Below, piece by piece: positions 9,101 to 19,199 of a stretch of DNA of 64,000 bases; position 1 is the first letter of the stretch, and every line of letters begins with the position of its first letter. The DNA comes from Hyphomicrobiales bacterium (GTDB lineage: Bacteria; Pseudomonadota; Alphaproteobacteria; Rhizobiales; Beijerinckiaceae): contig JAYVYJ010000002.1 in the NCBI GenBank assembly GCA_043784465.1, positions 17,062 through 81,061 of the forward strand, in the 5' to 3' direction. Under the pieces are notes generated by a model. It worked only from the letters and a program-made list of their open reading frames with translations, ran no database searches and was not told the DNA's origin. The translations under genes and the position numbers were made by a program.

Positions 9101-10180
9101 TCACCTTGTCAACGTCTGGCGTCCCTCTCCCGCCATCTTTCCTTGGCCGGACACCTGCGCGCCCCGGTCGAGCCGCCGCGCAGCCCACGGCAGCGTGAGG
9201 CTTATCATCAGGAATCGTGCAATGTGATGCGCCCCGACGAACAGCGGATCGAGCCCGAGCGCGAACGCCATCATCGTCATCGCCTCCAACCCGCCAGGCG
9301 CAAAGGCGGCGAGCGCGTCGGCGAACGGCGCGCCGGTGAGCCGCGAGGAAAGGCTTGCGAACAAGGCCGCCGTCGCGAAGGCTGCGAGGAACGACGTCAG
9401 GGCGGCGACGAGAAGCGAACGAAGCAGCCGCCAGTCGAAGCCGATGAACCGCGTGCCGATCCAGCCGCCGATCAGCGTCTGCGCGGCGATCTGCATGTCC
9501 GGCGCCAGCCGCCCCGGCGCAAAGCCGGTCCCATGCGCGACGCCCGAAACCAAGAGCGACGCATACAGCAAGCCGTTATCTACGCCCAGGCGCACGAGCC
9601 CCTCCCCCAGCGCCACCCCCAGCGCCACGAGCGCCAGCGTCATAACGAGCGGATCGACGGGAAACGCCGCCACGGGGCCGCCGACGCCGACCCGCGCCAC
9701 CATCGGCAGCAGCGCCATCAGCACGAAGATACGAAACACCTGGATCACCGCGACGCGCGCCAAGTCGGCGGGCGAACGCGAAGCGACCAGGAACACGTAG
9801 GACAGGGCGCCCGGCACGGCGGCGTAGAACGCCGTCGCCGGGTCGAACCCCTGCCAGCGCCGCAGCGTCATGAACGAGGCCGCCGTCATAGCGACCAGCG
9901 CCCCCGCCATCACGAAGAGGGAAAGGGGATAACGAGCGAGCGTGTGCAGCGTCGCCGGGCTGAGACCGGAGCCCATCCCCACGCCCGCCAGCGCGATCGC
10001 CGCGCGCTGCACAAACCAAGGCAGGGGCGTCGCCCGGCCGGTCGCGGCGAGCGCGGCCACGCCCAGCATCGCCCCCGACAGCCAGCCCGCCGGGGCGCCG
10101 ACGCCGCCGACCGCCGCCCCGCCCGTCAGCGCCGCCAAAACGGTGAAGCCGAGGCCGCGCGCGTTCAACGTGTCAGCCAC
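9101..10180 (-). CDS. AbrB family membrane protein (duplicated AbrB/putative ammonia monooxygenase-like domain)
   Basis: Two hydrophobic repeats with PAGWLSGAM, AVPGALS, IQVFRI and APGGLEAM...HHIARF. The start is uncertain (GTG 10180 or TTG 10168). Confidence 0.8.
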   Translation of the reverse strand: MADTLNARGLGFTVLAALTGGAAVGGVGAPAGWLSGAMLGVAALAATGRATPLPWFVQRAAIALAGVGMGSGLSPATLHTLARYPLSLFVMAGALVAMTAASFMTLRRWQGFDPATAFYAAVPGALSYVFLVASRSPADLARVAVIQVFRIFVLMALLPMVARVGVGGPVAAFPVDPLVMTLALVALGVALGEGLVRLGVDNGLLYASLLVSGVAHGTGFAPGRLAPDMQIAAQTLIGGWIGTRFIGFDWRLLRSLLVAALTSFLAAFATAALFASLSSRLTGAPFADALAAFAPGGLEAMTMMAFALGLDPLFVGAHHIARFLMISLTLPWAARRLDRGAQVSGQGKMAGEGRQTLTR

Positions 10181-11340
10181 GCCGCCAGCCTTCGCGTCAC
10201 TTCTTCGATTTCGGCGGGCGCGCGCGCAAAGCATAGCCGCAGCCGCCCCTCGCCACCCGGCCCGAACGCGTAACCCGGCGCCACGCCCAGCCCAACTTCG
10301 TCGATCAACCGGAACGCCAGCGCACGGGTGTCGTTGACGCCGAGAATTTTGGGAAATGCGTAAAACGCTCCGGCGGGGGGGCTAAGTTCGACCCGGCCCG
10401 TCGCCTGAAGCCCCGCCACCATGATGTCGCGGCTGCGCTCGAACCGGGCGCGTTGTTCGGCGACAAACCCCTCGCCCTCGTCGATCGCCGCCGTCGCCGC
10501 GCGCTGGGCGGGCACGTTCACTCCGGAGGTCGAATATTGCACAAGGTTCTCGATGATGGAGCCGAGTTCGGCCGGCGCCTCCAGCCAGCCGATGCGCCAT
10601 CCCGTCATCGCCCAGTTCTTCGAGAGCGTCTGGACGAACAGAATTTGATCGTCCGGCCCCATTATGTCGTGGAAAGAGGGCGCCCGTTCGGCGCCATAGA
10701 CCAGCCGGCCGTAAATCTCGTCCGCGACGATCCAAAGGCCATGCCGCCGCGCGATCTCCAGCGTCGCCTGCAATTCCTCTCGCGTCGCGACATAGCCGGT
10801 CGGGTTGGCGGGGGAGTTGAAGATGATTGCGCGCGTCCGGGGCGTGATCGCCGCCTCCAAACGCGCGGGATCGAGCCGCCAGTCCGGCGTCGCCTGCAAT
10901 TCGACGAAACGCGCGCACCCCCCGTTGGCGGCGAGCGCGCCGGCGAAATTGGGCCAGGCGGGGGACAGCACCAGCGCTTCGCCGCCGGGGCCGACCGTCA
11001 GCTTCACGGCGATGTCGAGCGCCTGCATGCCCCCGACGGTGACGAAAAAATTCATCGGGCTGAAGCCCGGCCCGTAATGCGCGGTCATGTAACGGGCTAT
11101 CGCGGCGCGCAACTCGGGCACGCCAGCCTGATAGGTATAGAAGGTCTCGCCGCGGTCGAGCGAAGCCTTGGCGGCCTCGACGATGAAAGCGGGTGTGGGC
11201 GCGTCGCCCTCGCCGACCCAGAGCGGGATCAGGCCGGGCTTGCTGCGGCCATAGTCGAACACCTCGACGATACCGCTGGTCTCCAGCGCGGCGGCTTCCG
11301 GGCGGACGCGGGCGCGCCAATCAGGGGAGGGGGGGAGCAT
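10165..11340 (-). CDS. PLP-dependent aminotransferase class I/II
   Basis: LWVGEGD, NSPANPTG, ADEIY, TLSKNWAMTGWRIGW (PLP lysine), GAFY and LRLCFA. Confidence 0.92.
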   Translation of the reverse strand: MLPPSPDWRARVRPEAAALETSGIVEVFDYGRSKPGLIPLWVGEGDAPTPAFIVEAAKASLDRGETFYTYQAGVPELRAAIARYMTAHYGPGFSPMNFFVTVGGMQALDIAVKLTVGPGGEALVLSPAWPNFAGALAANGGCARFVELQATPDWRLDPARLEAAITPRTRAIIFNSPANPTGYVATREELQATLEIARRHGLWIVADEIYGRLVYGAERAPSFHDIMGPDDQILFVQTLSKNWAMTGWRIGWLEAPAELGSIIENLVQYSTSGVNVPAQRAATAAIDEGEGFVAEQRARFERSRDIMVAGLQATGRVELSPPAGAFYAFPKILGVNDTRALAFRLIDEVGLGVAPGYAFGPGGEGRLRLCFARAPAEIEEVTRRLAAWLTR

Positions 11341-11406
11341 GGCCGCGTGATGGACCAGCCCGCCCCCGCCTGCAAGGCAAAATTAAAGGCGGAAAAAACG
11401 GTGAAA

Positions 11407-11814
11407 TTAACGGCGCGCGAGCGCGTCGCGGATCTGGGTCAGCAAAACAATTTCGTCGCTCGGCGGCGGCGGCGACGCGCCCGGGGCGGGCTTCTTGAGC
11501 GAGTTGACGCCCTTGACGACCAGAAACAGCGCGAAGGCGATGATGATGAAGTTTATGGCGATGGTGATGAAATCGCCATAGGCCAGCACGCCGCCCTGCT
11601 TGCGGGCGTCAGCGAGGTTTCCGGCGGTCACGGCGCTGGACAGCGGGATAAAGTAATTGGTGAAATCCGCTTTGCCGGCGATGCCGATGATAGGCATGAT
11701 GATGTCGTTGACCAAGGCGTCGACGATCTTGCCGAACGACGCGCCGATGATCACGCCGATGGCCAGATCGACGACATTCCCGCGCATTGCGAATTCACGA
11801 AACTCTTTCAACAT
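11407..11814 (-). CDS. mscL: Large-conductance mechanosensitive channel
   Basis: [24 protein letters not shown]...YGDFIT..INF.I...LLTQIRDAL. Confidence 0.97.
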   Translation of the reverse strand: MLKEFREFAMRGNVVDLAIGVIIGASFGKIVDALVNDIIMPIIGIAGKADFTNYFIPLSSAVTAGNLADARKQGGVLAYGDFITIAINFIIIAFALFLVVKGVNSLKKPAPGASPPPPSDEIVLLTQIRDALARR

Positions 11815-12050
11815 TATGACTTTCCCCTCGATAGGCGCCGTTCGCCGACGCCGCCGCAATACCCCAAGCCGGACTGGAGATTAACGAGAAGTGAACGGCG
11901 CCGTCGTAAAAGAAATTTCGAAACTATGCGCCCTGCGGCACGTTGATGAAGGGCTGGGGCGCGAGCGGCCTCCTTATCTCAAGCCTGCATTTACGGGACT
12001 GGTTTGATTTGCGGCGGACCCGGACCCGTCGGCTCCGGGAGCATATCTGC

Positions 12051-14606
12051 GTGGAAAAGACTGTCGACGTCACCAATTGCGACCGCGAGCCCATTCACAT
12101 GCCCGGGGCCACGCAGGCCCACGGATGCCTGATCGCCTGCGACGCGACGCTGGAGACGGTGCGCCGCCATTCCCTCAATGCGCCCGCTATGCTCGATCTG
12201 GCGGAGAGCCCCAACGGGCTTCCCTTCGCCGATTTCGTCGGCGGCGCGCTCGCGCATGATGTACGCAATGCGCTGGGGCGTTCGCGCGACCCCCGCCGCC
12301 CGGCGTTGCTGTTCGCGCGCCGGCTCGCAGGCGGCGCGCGATGTTTCGACATAAGCGCCCATATTCATGAGGGCGTGGGCATCGTCGAATTCGAGCCGGC
12401 GGCGGCGTCCGAAACCGGCGCGCTCGACCTTGCGCGCATCCTCATTTCCCGCGCGCAGGCCTGTCAAACCTTGTCGAAACTTCTGGCGCTCACGCCCCGG
12501 CTCATGCGCGCGATGCTGCGCTACGACCGGGTGATGATCTATCAGTTCGCCGAGGACGGTTCCGGCAAGGTCATCGCGGAGGACAAACGCGCCGACCTCG
12601 AAAGCTTCCAGGGTCAGCATTTTCCCGCCAGCGACATTCCCGCGCAGGCGCGTCTGCTTTACCTGCGCAACACCATCCGCGTCATCAACGACGTGCGCGA
12701 CCGCGGCGCGGCGTTGGAGCCAGCCCTCGACGCCCAGGGTCGGCCGCTAGACCTTTCTTTCTCCCACCTGCGCAGCGTCTCGCCGATCCACATCGAATAT
12801 TTGCGCAACATGGGGGTCGCCGCGTCGATGTCGGCGTCCATCGTCATGAACGGGACATTGTGGGGTTTGATCGCCTGCCACCATTATTCCCCCAAGGCGC
12901 TCACTCTGGCGCAGCGTACGGCGACGGAGATGTTCGCGGAGATGTTTTCGCTCCGGGTGGAAGCGTTTGAACGCGCCGAAGCGCTTTCGGGCGCGCAACA
13001 GGCGGGGAGCGCGCTGGAGCGCATCGTCGCCGGGACGACCGAAACGACCGAGGTCGCCGAATTTCTGCGCGAACGCTTGCCCGCCCTGAAGGCGCTCATC
13101 TCCTGCGACGGAGCCGCCATCGTCATGGACGGCGTGTGGACGGTTTTGGACTCCGCGCCGCCAGCGTCCTCACTCGCGGATCTTGCCGCGTTCGTCGCTG
13201 CGCGGGCGCCGGGGCGCGTCTATGCGACGCACCGTCTTTCCCAGGAACTGCCGCAGGCGGCGGTCTATGCGGCCCAGGCGGCGGGCGTGCTGGCGCTGCC
13301 GCTGTCGCAACTGCCGCGCGACTACCTCGTGTTCTTCCGCCGCGAGCAGGTCGAGACGGTCAACTGGGGCGGCGACCCCCAAAAGCATTATACAAGCGGC
13401 CCCAACGGCGACAGTCTGTCGCCGCGCAAGAGCTTTCAGCTGTGGAAGGAGACGGTGCATCTGCAATCGACGCCCTGGACGTTGAACGAACGCCTGATTG
13501 CGGAAAGCGCGCGCGTGCAATTGCTCGAAATCATGATGCGTCATTCGGAGGCGCTCGCCAAGGAGCGCCGCATCGCCGAAGTCAGACAGAAAACGCTGAA
13601 CGAGGAGTTGAACCACCGCGTCAAGAACATTCTGGCGCTCATCAAATCTCTTGTCAGCCAGGACACCGGCGGCTCGCGTGAGGTGTCCGCCTTCGCCTCC
13701 GCGCTCAAGGGTCGCATCGTTGCGCTGTCGAACGCGCACGATCAGGTTGTGCGTAGCGACGGCGGCGGCCGTTTGGCCGATCTTCTGCGGGCGGAGCTTT
13801 CGCCCTATGTGGTTTACGGGCGCGAGATCGAGATCGTCGGCCCCGACCTCGTGCTCGACGCGCGCGCTTATTCGGTGATGGCGCTGGTGCTGCACGAACT
13901 CGCCACCAACGCCGCCAAATACGGCCCCCTCTCGACGCCCTGGGGGGGGCTTTCAGCGCGTTGGGCGCTGACGGGCGAGGGAGATTGCGAATTGTTGTGG
14001 CGCGAGACAGGCGGCCCTCTCGTCGCCGCGCCGTCGCACAGCGGTTTCGGCGCCTCGCTGATCCGCCGCAGCGTGCCGTTCGATCTCGGAGGCGAGAGCG
14101 AGATCGACTATGCCGCCGAGGGTTTGAAGGCGCGGTTGACGATCCCCGCGCGCTTCTTTGAAGACCGGACCTCGCAAGAGCGGCGGGCGAGCGCTGCGGA
14201 GAGCGTCCCCGTTTCCACCGCGACGGCGATAGCGGGTTTGTGCGTCCTTCTGGTCGAAGATCAGTTCGTCATCGCGCTCGACGCCGAAAATTTGCTGAAA
14301 GAGGCCGGCGCGGCGGAAGTGGAAATCGCCGCGACGCCCGCCGAGGCGGAGCGCATTTTGGCGGCCCGCCGTCCCGATGTTGCGGTGCTCGACGTCAATC
14401 TGGGACGGCTGACTTCGATGCCGGTAGCGGAGAAACTCGCGGACCTCGGGATTCCCTTTATCTTCGCCACGGGTTACGGCGATACCCAGATGATCGGCGA
14501 AGCCTTCAAGGATGTGCCGGTCGTGCGCAAACCTTACAGCGGCCAGTCCCTCGTGGCGGCGATAGGGGAAGTCCGCCGCCTCGGCGTCGGTCACGCTGCG
14601 ACGTAG
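12051..14606 (+). CDS. bphP: Bacteriophytochrome, PAS-GAF-PHY-HWE histidine kinase-REC
   Basis: GTG start after GGGAG. Motifs NCDREPIH (biliverdin Cys), DRVMIYQF, PASDIP, LRSVSPIH..YL.NMGV, ACHH, SPRKSF, ELNHRVKNIL, HELATNAAKYG and a C-terminal receiver (LLVED...LDVNL...TGY). Confidence 0.95.
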   Translation: MEKTVDVTNCDREPIHMPGATQAHGCLIACDATLETVRRHSLNAPAMLDLAESPNGLPFADFVGGALAHDVRNALGRSRDPRRPALLFARRLAGGARCFDISAHIHEGVGIVEFEPAAASETGALDLARILISRAQACQTLSKLLALTPRLMRAMLRYDRVMIYQFAEDGSGKVIAEDKRADLESFQGQHFPASDIPAQARLLYLRNTIRVINDVRDRGAALEPALDAQGRPLDLSFSHLRSVSPIHIEYLRNMGVAASMSASIVMNGTLWGLIACHHYSPKALTLAQRTATEMFAEMFSLRVEAFERAEALSGAQQAGSALERIVAGTTETTEVAEFLRERLPALKALISCDGAAIVMDGVWTVLDSAPPASSLADLAAFVAARAPGRVYATHRLSQELPQAAVYAAQAAGVLALPLSQLPRDYLVFFRREQVETVNWGGDPQKHYTSGPNGDSLSPRKSFQLWKETVHLQSTPWTLNERLIAESARVQLLEIMMRHSEALAKERRIAEVRQKTLNEELNHRVKNILALIKSLVSQDTGGSREVSAFASALKGRIVALSNAHDQVVRSDGGGRLADLLRAELSPYVVYGREIEIVGPDLVLDARAYSVMALVLHELATNAAKYGPLSTPWGGLSARWALTGEGDCELLWRETGGPLVAAPSHSGFGASLIRRSVPFDLGGESEIDYAAEGLKARLTIPARFFEDRTSQERRASAAESVPVSTATAIAGLCVLLVEDQFVIALDAENLLKEAGAAEVEIAATPAEAERILAARRPDVAVLDVNLGRLTSMPVAEKLADLGIPFIFATGYGDTQMIGEAFKDVPVVRKPYSGQSLVAAIGEVRRLGVGHAAT

Positions 14607-14942
14607 GTAGCGCGCAGGCCGCCCAGCAGATATTCGTGACCGACGGGGGGCGGGTTATTTTGCCGTGACGCCCGCCTTCACGCAAGGGAATCGCATCAAC
14701 TTCGCAAAGAAGTTGGGATCGAGAAAAAACGAAAGCCAGCAACCTTCGCCCACGGCCCGGCACGCCGCGACGTGCCCTTCGGCGCTGCGCGTAAGCCCTT
14801 TGGGCCGCGTTCTCGTAGCGGTGTCAGTTCGATGACGGGCAGATCGGACGTCGCGCTTCTCCTAAGCGAAAGTTATCGGCGGGGCGCAGGAATTTCGCCA
14901 TGCCGCTCGCCTTGGGACAAGCCGAACGGGGCCCGATTCGTC

Positions 14943-15656
14943 TTAACCCAGCGCCGCCTTCTGCATCATGACGAGATCGGCGATCCCGCTGCGTGCGAGC
15001 GCCAGCATGGCCATAAGCTCGTCCTGCGAGAACGGCGCGCCCTCTGCGGAGCCCTGCACCTCGACGAGGCCGCCCGAGCCGGTGATGACGAAATTGGCGT
15101 CGGTTTCGGCGGTGGAATCTTCGGCGTAATCGAGGTCCAGCACCACCTCGCCCTTGACGACGCCGCAGGAGACTGCGGCCACATGATCCTTGAGCGGGAT
15201 CTCTTTGAGGATGGAGCGGTCGGCCATCCACGCCAGACAATCCCGTAGCGCCAGGAACGCGCCGGTGATCGAGGCCGTGCGCGTGCCCCCGTCCGCCTGA
15301 AGCACGTCGCAATCCACCGTGATCTGGCGCTCGCCCAGCTTGGGCAGATCGACGACCGCGCGCAGCGAGCGCCCGATCAGGCGCTGGATCTCATGGGTGC
15401 GGCCCGAGACCTTGCCGGTCGCGGATTCGCGCCGCGTGCGGGTGGAAGTCGCGCGCGGCAGCATCGCGTATTCGGCGGTGACCCAGCCGCGCCCCTGTCC
15501 GCGCAGCCACGGCGGCGGCTTGTCTTCGATGGAGGCCGCGCACAAAACATGGGTGTCGCCAAACTTTACGAGGCAGGAGCCTTCGGCATAGCGGGCGACG
15601 CCGCGCTCGAAGGTCACTTTCCGCATTTCGGCGGCGGCCCGTTTCGACGGACGCAT
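14943..15656 (-). CDS. rph: Ribonuclease PH
   Basis: [48 protein letters not shown] and [18 protein letters not shown]; 237 aa. Confidence 0.97.
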   Translation of the reverse strand: MRPSKRAAAEMRKVTFERGVARYAEGSCLVKFGDTHVLCAASIEDKPPPWLRGQGRGWVTAEYAMLPRATSTRTRRESATGKVSGRTHEIQRLIGRSLRAVVDLPKLGERQITVDCDVLQADGGTRTASITGAFLALRDCLAWMADRSILKEIPLKDHVAAVSCGVVKGEVVLDLDYAEDSTAETDANFVITGSGGLVEVQGSAEGAPFSQDELMAMLALARSGIADLVMMQKAALG

Positions 15657-15709
15657 GGGCGTTTCCTTGTTCAGCATGACGCCCGGTCTAACCCCGACGC
15701 ACCCGCCTG

Positions 15710-16189
15710 TCAGCCCCGGCGCAGCGAAATTCCGCGCCCCGCCAGCGAGGGCGTCGGCAGGCCGGCATGGGCGGCGTGCATTTGCGCCAGCGCCGCGCGG
15801 GTGTCGGCGCGCCACGGCGCGGCGCGAGTTTCCTCGCCCTGGCGGACGGAGAGAAAAAGCTGCTCGGTGGCCGCCACGGGGGGGCCGTCGGAGGGCGAGC
15901 GCAGTTCCATCCAGAGGCGGGCGCGCTTGTCGTCGTATTCGAGCAATTGGGCGGTGACGCGCAGCGGCGCGCCCTGCTTCACCTCGCGCAGATAGTGCAG
16001 CATGATCTGCAACGTGTAGAGCGTGAAGCCCGTCGCTGCGCGTTCGTCGGGGCCGAGCGCGATCGCACTCATCCAGCGGTCGCCCGCGCGGCTGAACACG
16101 AGAGCATAGGCCGCGTCGTTCATGTGGCCGTTGTAATCGACCCAGTCGGGGGCGACTTCGAGATCGTGGAGGACGAGGGGCGCGTTCAT
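15710..16189 (-). CDS. Hotdog-fold thioesterase (4HBT-like; resembles the thioesterase domain of carnitine dehydrogenases)
   Basis: [19 protein letters not shown] and ATEQLFL. Confidence 0.8.
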   Translation of the reverse strand: MNAPLVLHDLEVAPDWVDYNGHMNDAAYALVFSRAGDRWMSAIALGPDERAATGFTLYTLQIMLHYLREVKQGAPLRVTAQLLEYDDKRARLWMELRSPSDGPPVAATEQLFLSVRQGEETRAAPWRADTRAALAQMHAAHAGLPTPSLAGRGISLRRG

Positions 16190-16336
16190 CGCTGGAGGGA
16201 TTAGCGGGAGACTTCGGCGTGAACGTGGCTGGGGCAGAAAGTCGGCGGCCGGAACGCCGTTCGGCGCAAAGGACGTGCCGCGACCGAAGAAGGGCGGAAC
16301 GTTGCGTTGCTGTGCCTGTCCGCCCTGCCTTTTTAT

Positions 16337-17137
16337 TCATCTCAGGGCAGAATATAGACCTGGCAAAATCTTCGCCAGATGGGACATTTCCTCTGAACAA
16401 TGCCGCAGCAGTTTCAGGCCGAAGGCGTCGGGCGAATTTTCGATGCGGGCGGCCGGGTCGTTCAGCCTGCGGTCGATCAATCCGCCGACGACGGGGATTT
16501 TCGATCGGACGTCTCCGAGCCAGAAACGGCTCAGCATCTCGGAACCGCCGGGCGTGCGCCTGACGAAGTGGATGAGATGGGACACGTCCGCGAAGACATG
16601 CGGGAGGCCGCCGCGCGCGCAGATCGCGGTCCCCTGCTCAGCCACCTTGCGCTCGTCGAGACCGAATTCCGACGGCGCCTTGAAGGCGATGGAGAGTTTG
16701 TGAATTTCGCCTTCGCCGATGAATTCTTCGACGAACGAAACGTTGCCGATGTAACGTGCTTTCACATCCGGCCAACGGGTGCGATCTTCCGCGAGGGCGG
16801 CGCTCAGATGGTCGCGGGGATGCCACAAACGGTATCGCTTCGACGAGACGCTGTGCCAGCCGAACCACCAGTCCCACATTTGCGGCGAGACGTCAGGCAT
16901 GTCCGTCCGGCAGGCGACCACCAGCACGCCGTCGCTGTTGCGCACCACCGCATCGGTGAGGCCATCGCCGCCGGGCTCGATGAGTTGGGCCGCGTTCGCG
17001 AACGGGAAATCGCGCCCGCGCCGGACGCCGCGCGCAACGGCCGCCTCGACGCGATCCGGGACCGCGAGCGATAGCGGTCGCTCGAAGGCCGATGTGTCGA
17101 TGTCTTGAGTAAGACTGATGCGACGACGACCCAGCAT
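16337..17137 (-). CDS. PhlG-like DAPG (C-C) hydrolase family protein
   Basis: [35 protein letters not shown] and [20 protein letters not shown]. The start is uncertain (17137 or 17176). Confidence 0.8.
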   Translation of the reverse strand: MLGRRRISLTQDIDTSAFERPLSLAVPDRVEAAVARGVRRGRDFPFANAAQLIEPGGDGLTDAVVRNSDGVLVVACRTDMPDVSPQMWDWWFGWHSVSSKRYRLWHPRDHLSAALAEDRTRWPDVKARYIGNVSFVEEFIGEGEIHKLSIAFKAPSEFGLDERKVAEQGTAICARGGLPHVFADVSHLIHFVRRTPGGSEMLSRFWLGDVRSKIPVVGGLIDRRLNDPAARIENSPDAFGLKLLRHCSEEMSHLAKILPGLYSALR

Positions 17138-17520
17138 ATGTTGTCCCCGAAAGCCCGCGCCTCGATCCCTCGCCATCCCATTATTCCCATCGCGACGGGC
17201 GGAGTTCGGCGCGACTGTGGTTATTGCCGCCAAAAGCCCGCGTCTAGCGACGGCTCGGGAGGCCACGGGCAGGCGGTGGGAAACCGAAAGCGTCAAGCGC
17301 CGTCTCACGCTCGGCGGGCTGATATGCGGCGTGTTGTGGGTCATGTGTCATGGCGCCGTCACGCCCTTCATGCGTTCATAACGCCAACGCCGCCGTTTGT
17401 GCGGATCTTTCCGACCGGCCGACGATCGCGGCGCGGCGGGTTGGCTTTGTTGCGTTCGCAAAGACGCGGACGCTCGACGCGACACTCCCGCCGGCTCAAT
17501 CGGGTCTATAAGCTAAATCC

Positions 17521-18207
17521 ATGCCCCGCGCCGACCGCCTGCTCGCGCTTCTCGACCTGCTGCGCCGCTACCGCGGCCCGGTGACCGGCGCGCGGCTGGC
17601 TGGGGAACTCGGCGTATCGCTGCGCTCGCTCTACCGCGACGTCCAGAGCCTGCGCGAACGCGGGGCCGAGATCGAGGGCGAGGCGGGGTTTGGGTATGTG
17701 CTCAAACCCGGCTTCCTTTTGCCGCCGCTGATGTTCTCCGCGCAGGAGATCGAGGCGTTGGTGCTGGGATCGCGTTTCGTCGTCAGCCGGGGCGATCCGG
17801 AGATCGCGCAGGCCGCCGCCCGGGCGCTCGCCAAGATCAAGGCCGTGCTGCCGCCCGACCTCGGCGCCGAGGCGGAAACTTCCGGTCTCGTCGTGCCTCC
17901 CGCCGCGCCGCTTCCCGCCGCTTTCGACCTCGGTGCGCTGCGCGAGGCGATCCGGCGCGAGCGCAAGGTGACGCTGTCGTATGAAGACGCCGGCGCTCGC
18001 GTGAGCCGCCGCATTGTCTGGCCGTTCGCGCTCGGGTATTTCGACAGGGTCCATATGATGGCGGCGTGGTGCGAGACGCGGGCGAACTTCCGGCATTTTC
18101 GCATCGACCGCATCGCCAGACTGGAGGTGGCGGACGCGCGCTATCCCCGGCGCCGCTCGGCGTTGCTCAAGGAATGGCGCGAAAAGGAGGGCGTCGCCCC
18201 TCAGTGA
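17521..18207 (+). CDS. YafY family HTH-WYL transcriptional regulator
   Basis: MPRADRLL..L, LGVSLRSLYRD, GEAGFGY, PPLMFS..EIEALVLG and WPFALGY...AAWCETRANFRHFRIDRI. Confidence 0.93.
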   Translation: MPRADRLLALLDLLRRYRGPVTGARLAGELGVSLRSLYRDVQSLRERGAEIEGEAGFGYVLKPGFLLPPLMFSAQEIEALVLGSRFVVSRGDPEIAQAAARALAKIKAVLPPDLGAEAETSGLVVPPAAPLPAAFDLGALREAIRRERKVTLSYEDAGARVSRRIVWPFALGYFDRVHMMAAWCETRANFRHFRIDRIARLEVADARYPRRRSALLKEWREKEGVAPQ

Positions 18208-19091
18208 ACGAGGCGCCGCTCGGCTTGCGCCAACTCGTCGGGCTTCATCTGCGATTTGACCAGCGCCAGCGACTTCTCCGCCTGCGAGCGCAAATTGGCG
18301 TCGGCGTCGGCCAGAACGGCCGAATACCAGACATAGGCCTCCACCGGGTCCTTGGCCGCGCCCAGTCCCAGCGCGTACATGGCGCCGATGTTGAATTTCG
18401 CGGTGGCGATCCCGTGGTCGGCGGCGCGGTGCAGCCAGCCGAAGGCGCGTTCGTAATCGGGCGGGCCGCCGGCGCCCAGCCTGTACATCATGCCCAGATT
18501 GTTCTCGGCGGGCGCATAATTTTGTTCGCCCGCCTTGCGATACCAATCGCGGGCGCGCGCCAGATCGGGCTCGACGCCCTTGCCGAGCCGGTAGAGCGTG
18601 CCAAGCTCGTCCTGCGCCTGCGGGTCGCCGGTGTCGGCGGCCTTCCGCGTCCATTGCGCGGCGGCCTCGGCGTCGGGCTTTTCGCCCGCCCGCGCGAGGC
18701 GGGCCAGCGCCAGCATGGCCGGGACGCTGCCTTTTTCCGCCGCCTGCTTGAACCAGGCGCCGGCTTGCGCGGGGGAGGGGGGCATGCCCCGGCCCTGCTC
18801 GGCGGCGACGCCGAGATTGTAGCGTGCGGCGGCGCTCCCCTTGCCCGCCGCCAGCTTAAACCAGAACAGGGCCTGCCGGAAGTCCTGACTAACGCCTTGC
18901 CCGGCGAAATAGAGGTCGCCCATGAAATTCTGCGCGCGGGCGTCGCCGTTCTCGGCATATGGGCGCCAGAGTGCGGCGGCGCGGGCAAAATCGTTACGCG
19001 CATAGGCGGCGAAGCCGTCCTCGACCGGCCCCGCGACGGAGGACGTGGCCAAAACGACGAAAAACGCCGATATGAGCATAATAGCGCGCAC
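18201..19091 (-). CDS. Secreted Sel1-repeat protein
   Basis: Signal peptide, then about six or seven repeats of the form A...LG..Y..G.G...D...A..W...AA..G. Confidence 0.9.
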   Translation of the reverse strand: MRAIMLISAFFVVLATSSVAGPVEDGFAAYARNDFARAAALWRPYAENGDARAQNFMGDLYFAGQGVSQDFRQALFWFKLAAGKGSAAARYNLGVAAEQGRGMPPSPAQAGAWFKQAAEKGSVPAMLALARLARAGEKPDAEAAAQWTRKAADTGDPQAQDELGTLYRLGKGVEPDLARARDWYRKAGEQNYAPAENNLGMMYRLGAGGPPDYERAFGWLHRAADHGIATAKFNIGAMYALGLGAAKDPVEAYVWYSAVLADADANLRSQAEKSLALVKSQMKPDELAQAERRLVH

Positions 19092-19199
19092 AGGCGCGTG
19101 TCATAGAGCGGGCTGCGGAAAATTGGGAACCGGTTTTTCGCAAGACGGCGCGTTCGCCAAAAGAATTTGCGGCGGAGACGGCAGGGAGCGACGCAAGTG

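Noticed and set aside
14607-14942. Possible RNA gene or small ORF between bphP and rph
   Set aside because: I could not identify a tRNA fold, known motif or convincing SD-led ORF.
17521-19091. WYL plus Sel1 genes as an antiphage defence island
   Set aside because: The WYL protein is the common YafY type, the genes are convergent, and no nuclease, CRISPR or restriction genes are nearby.
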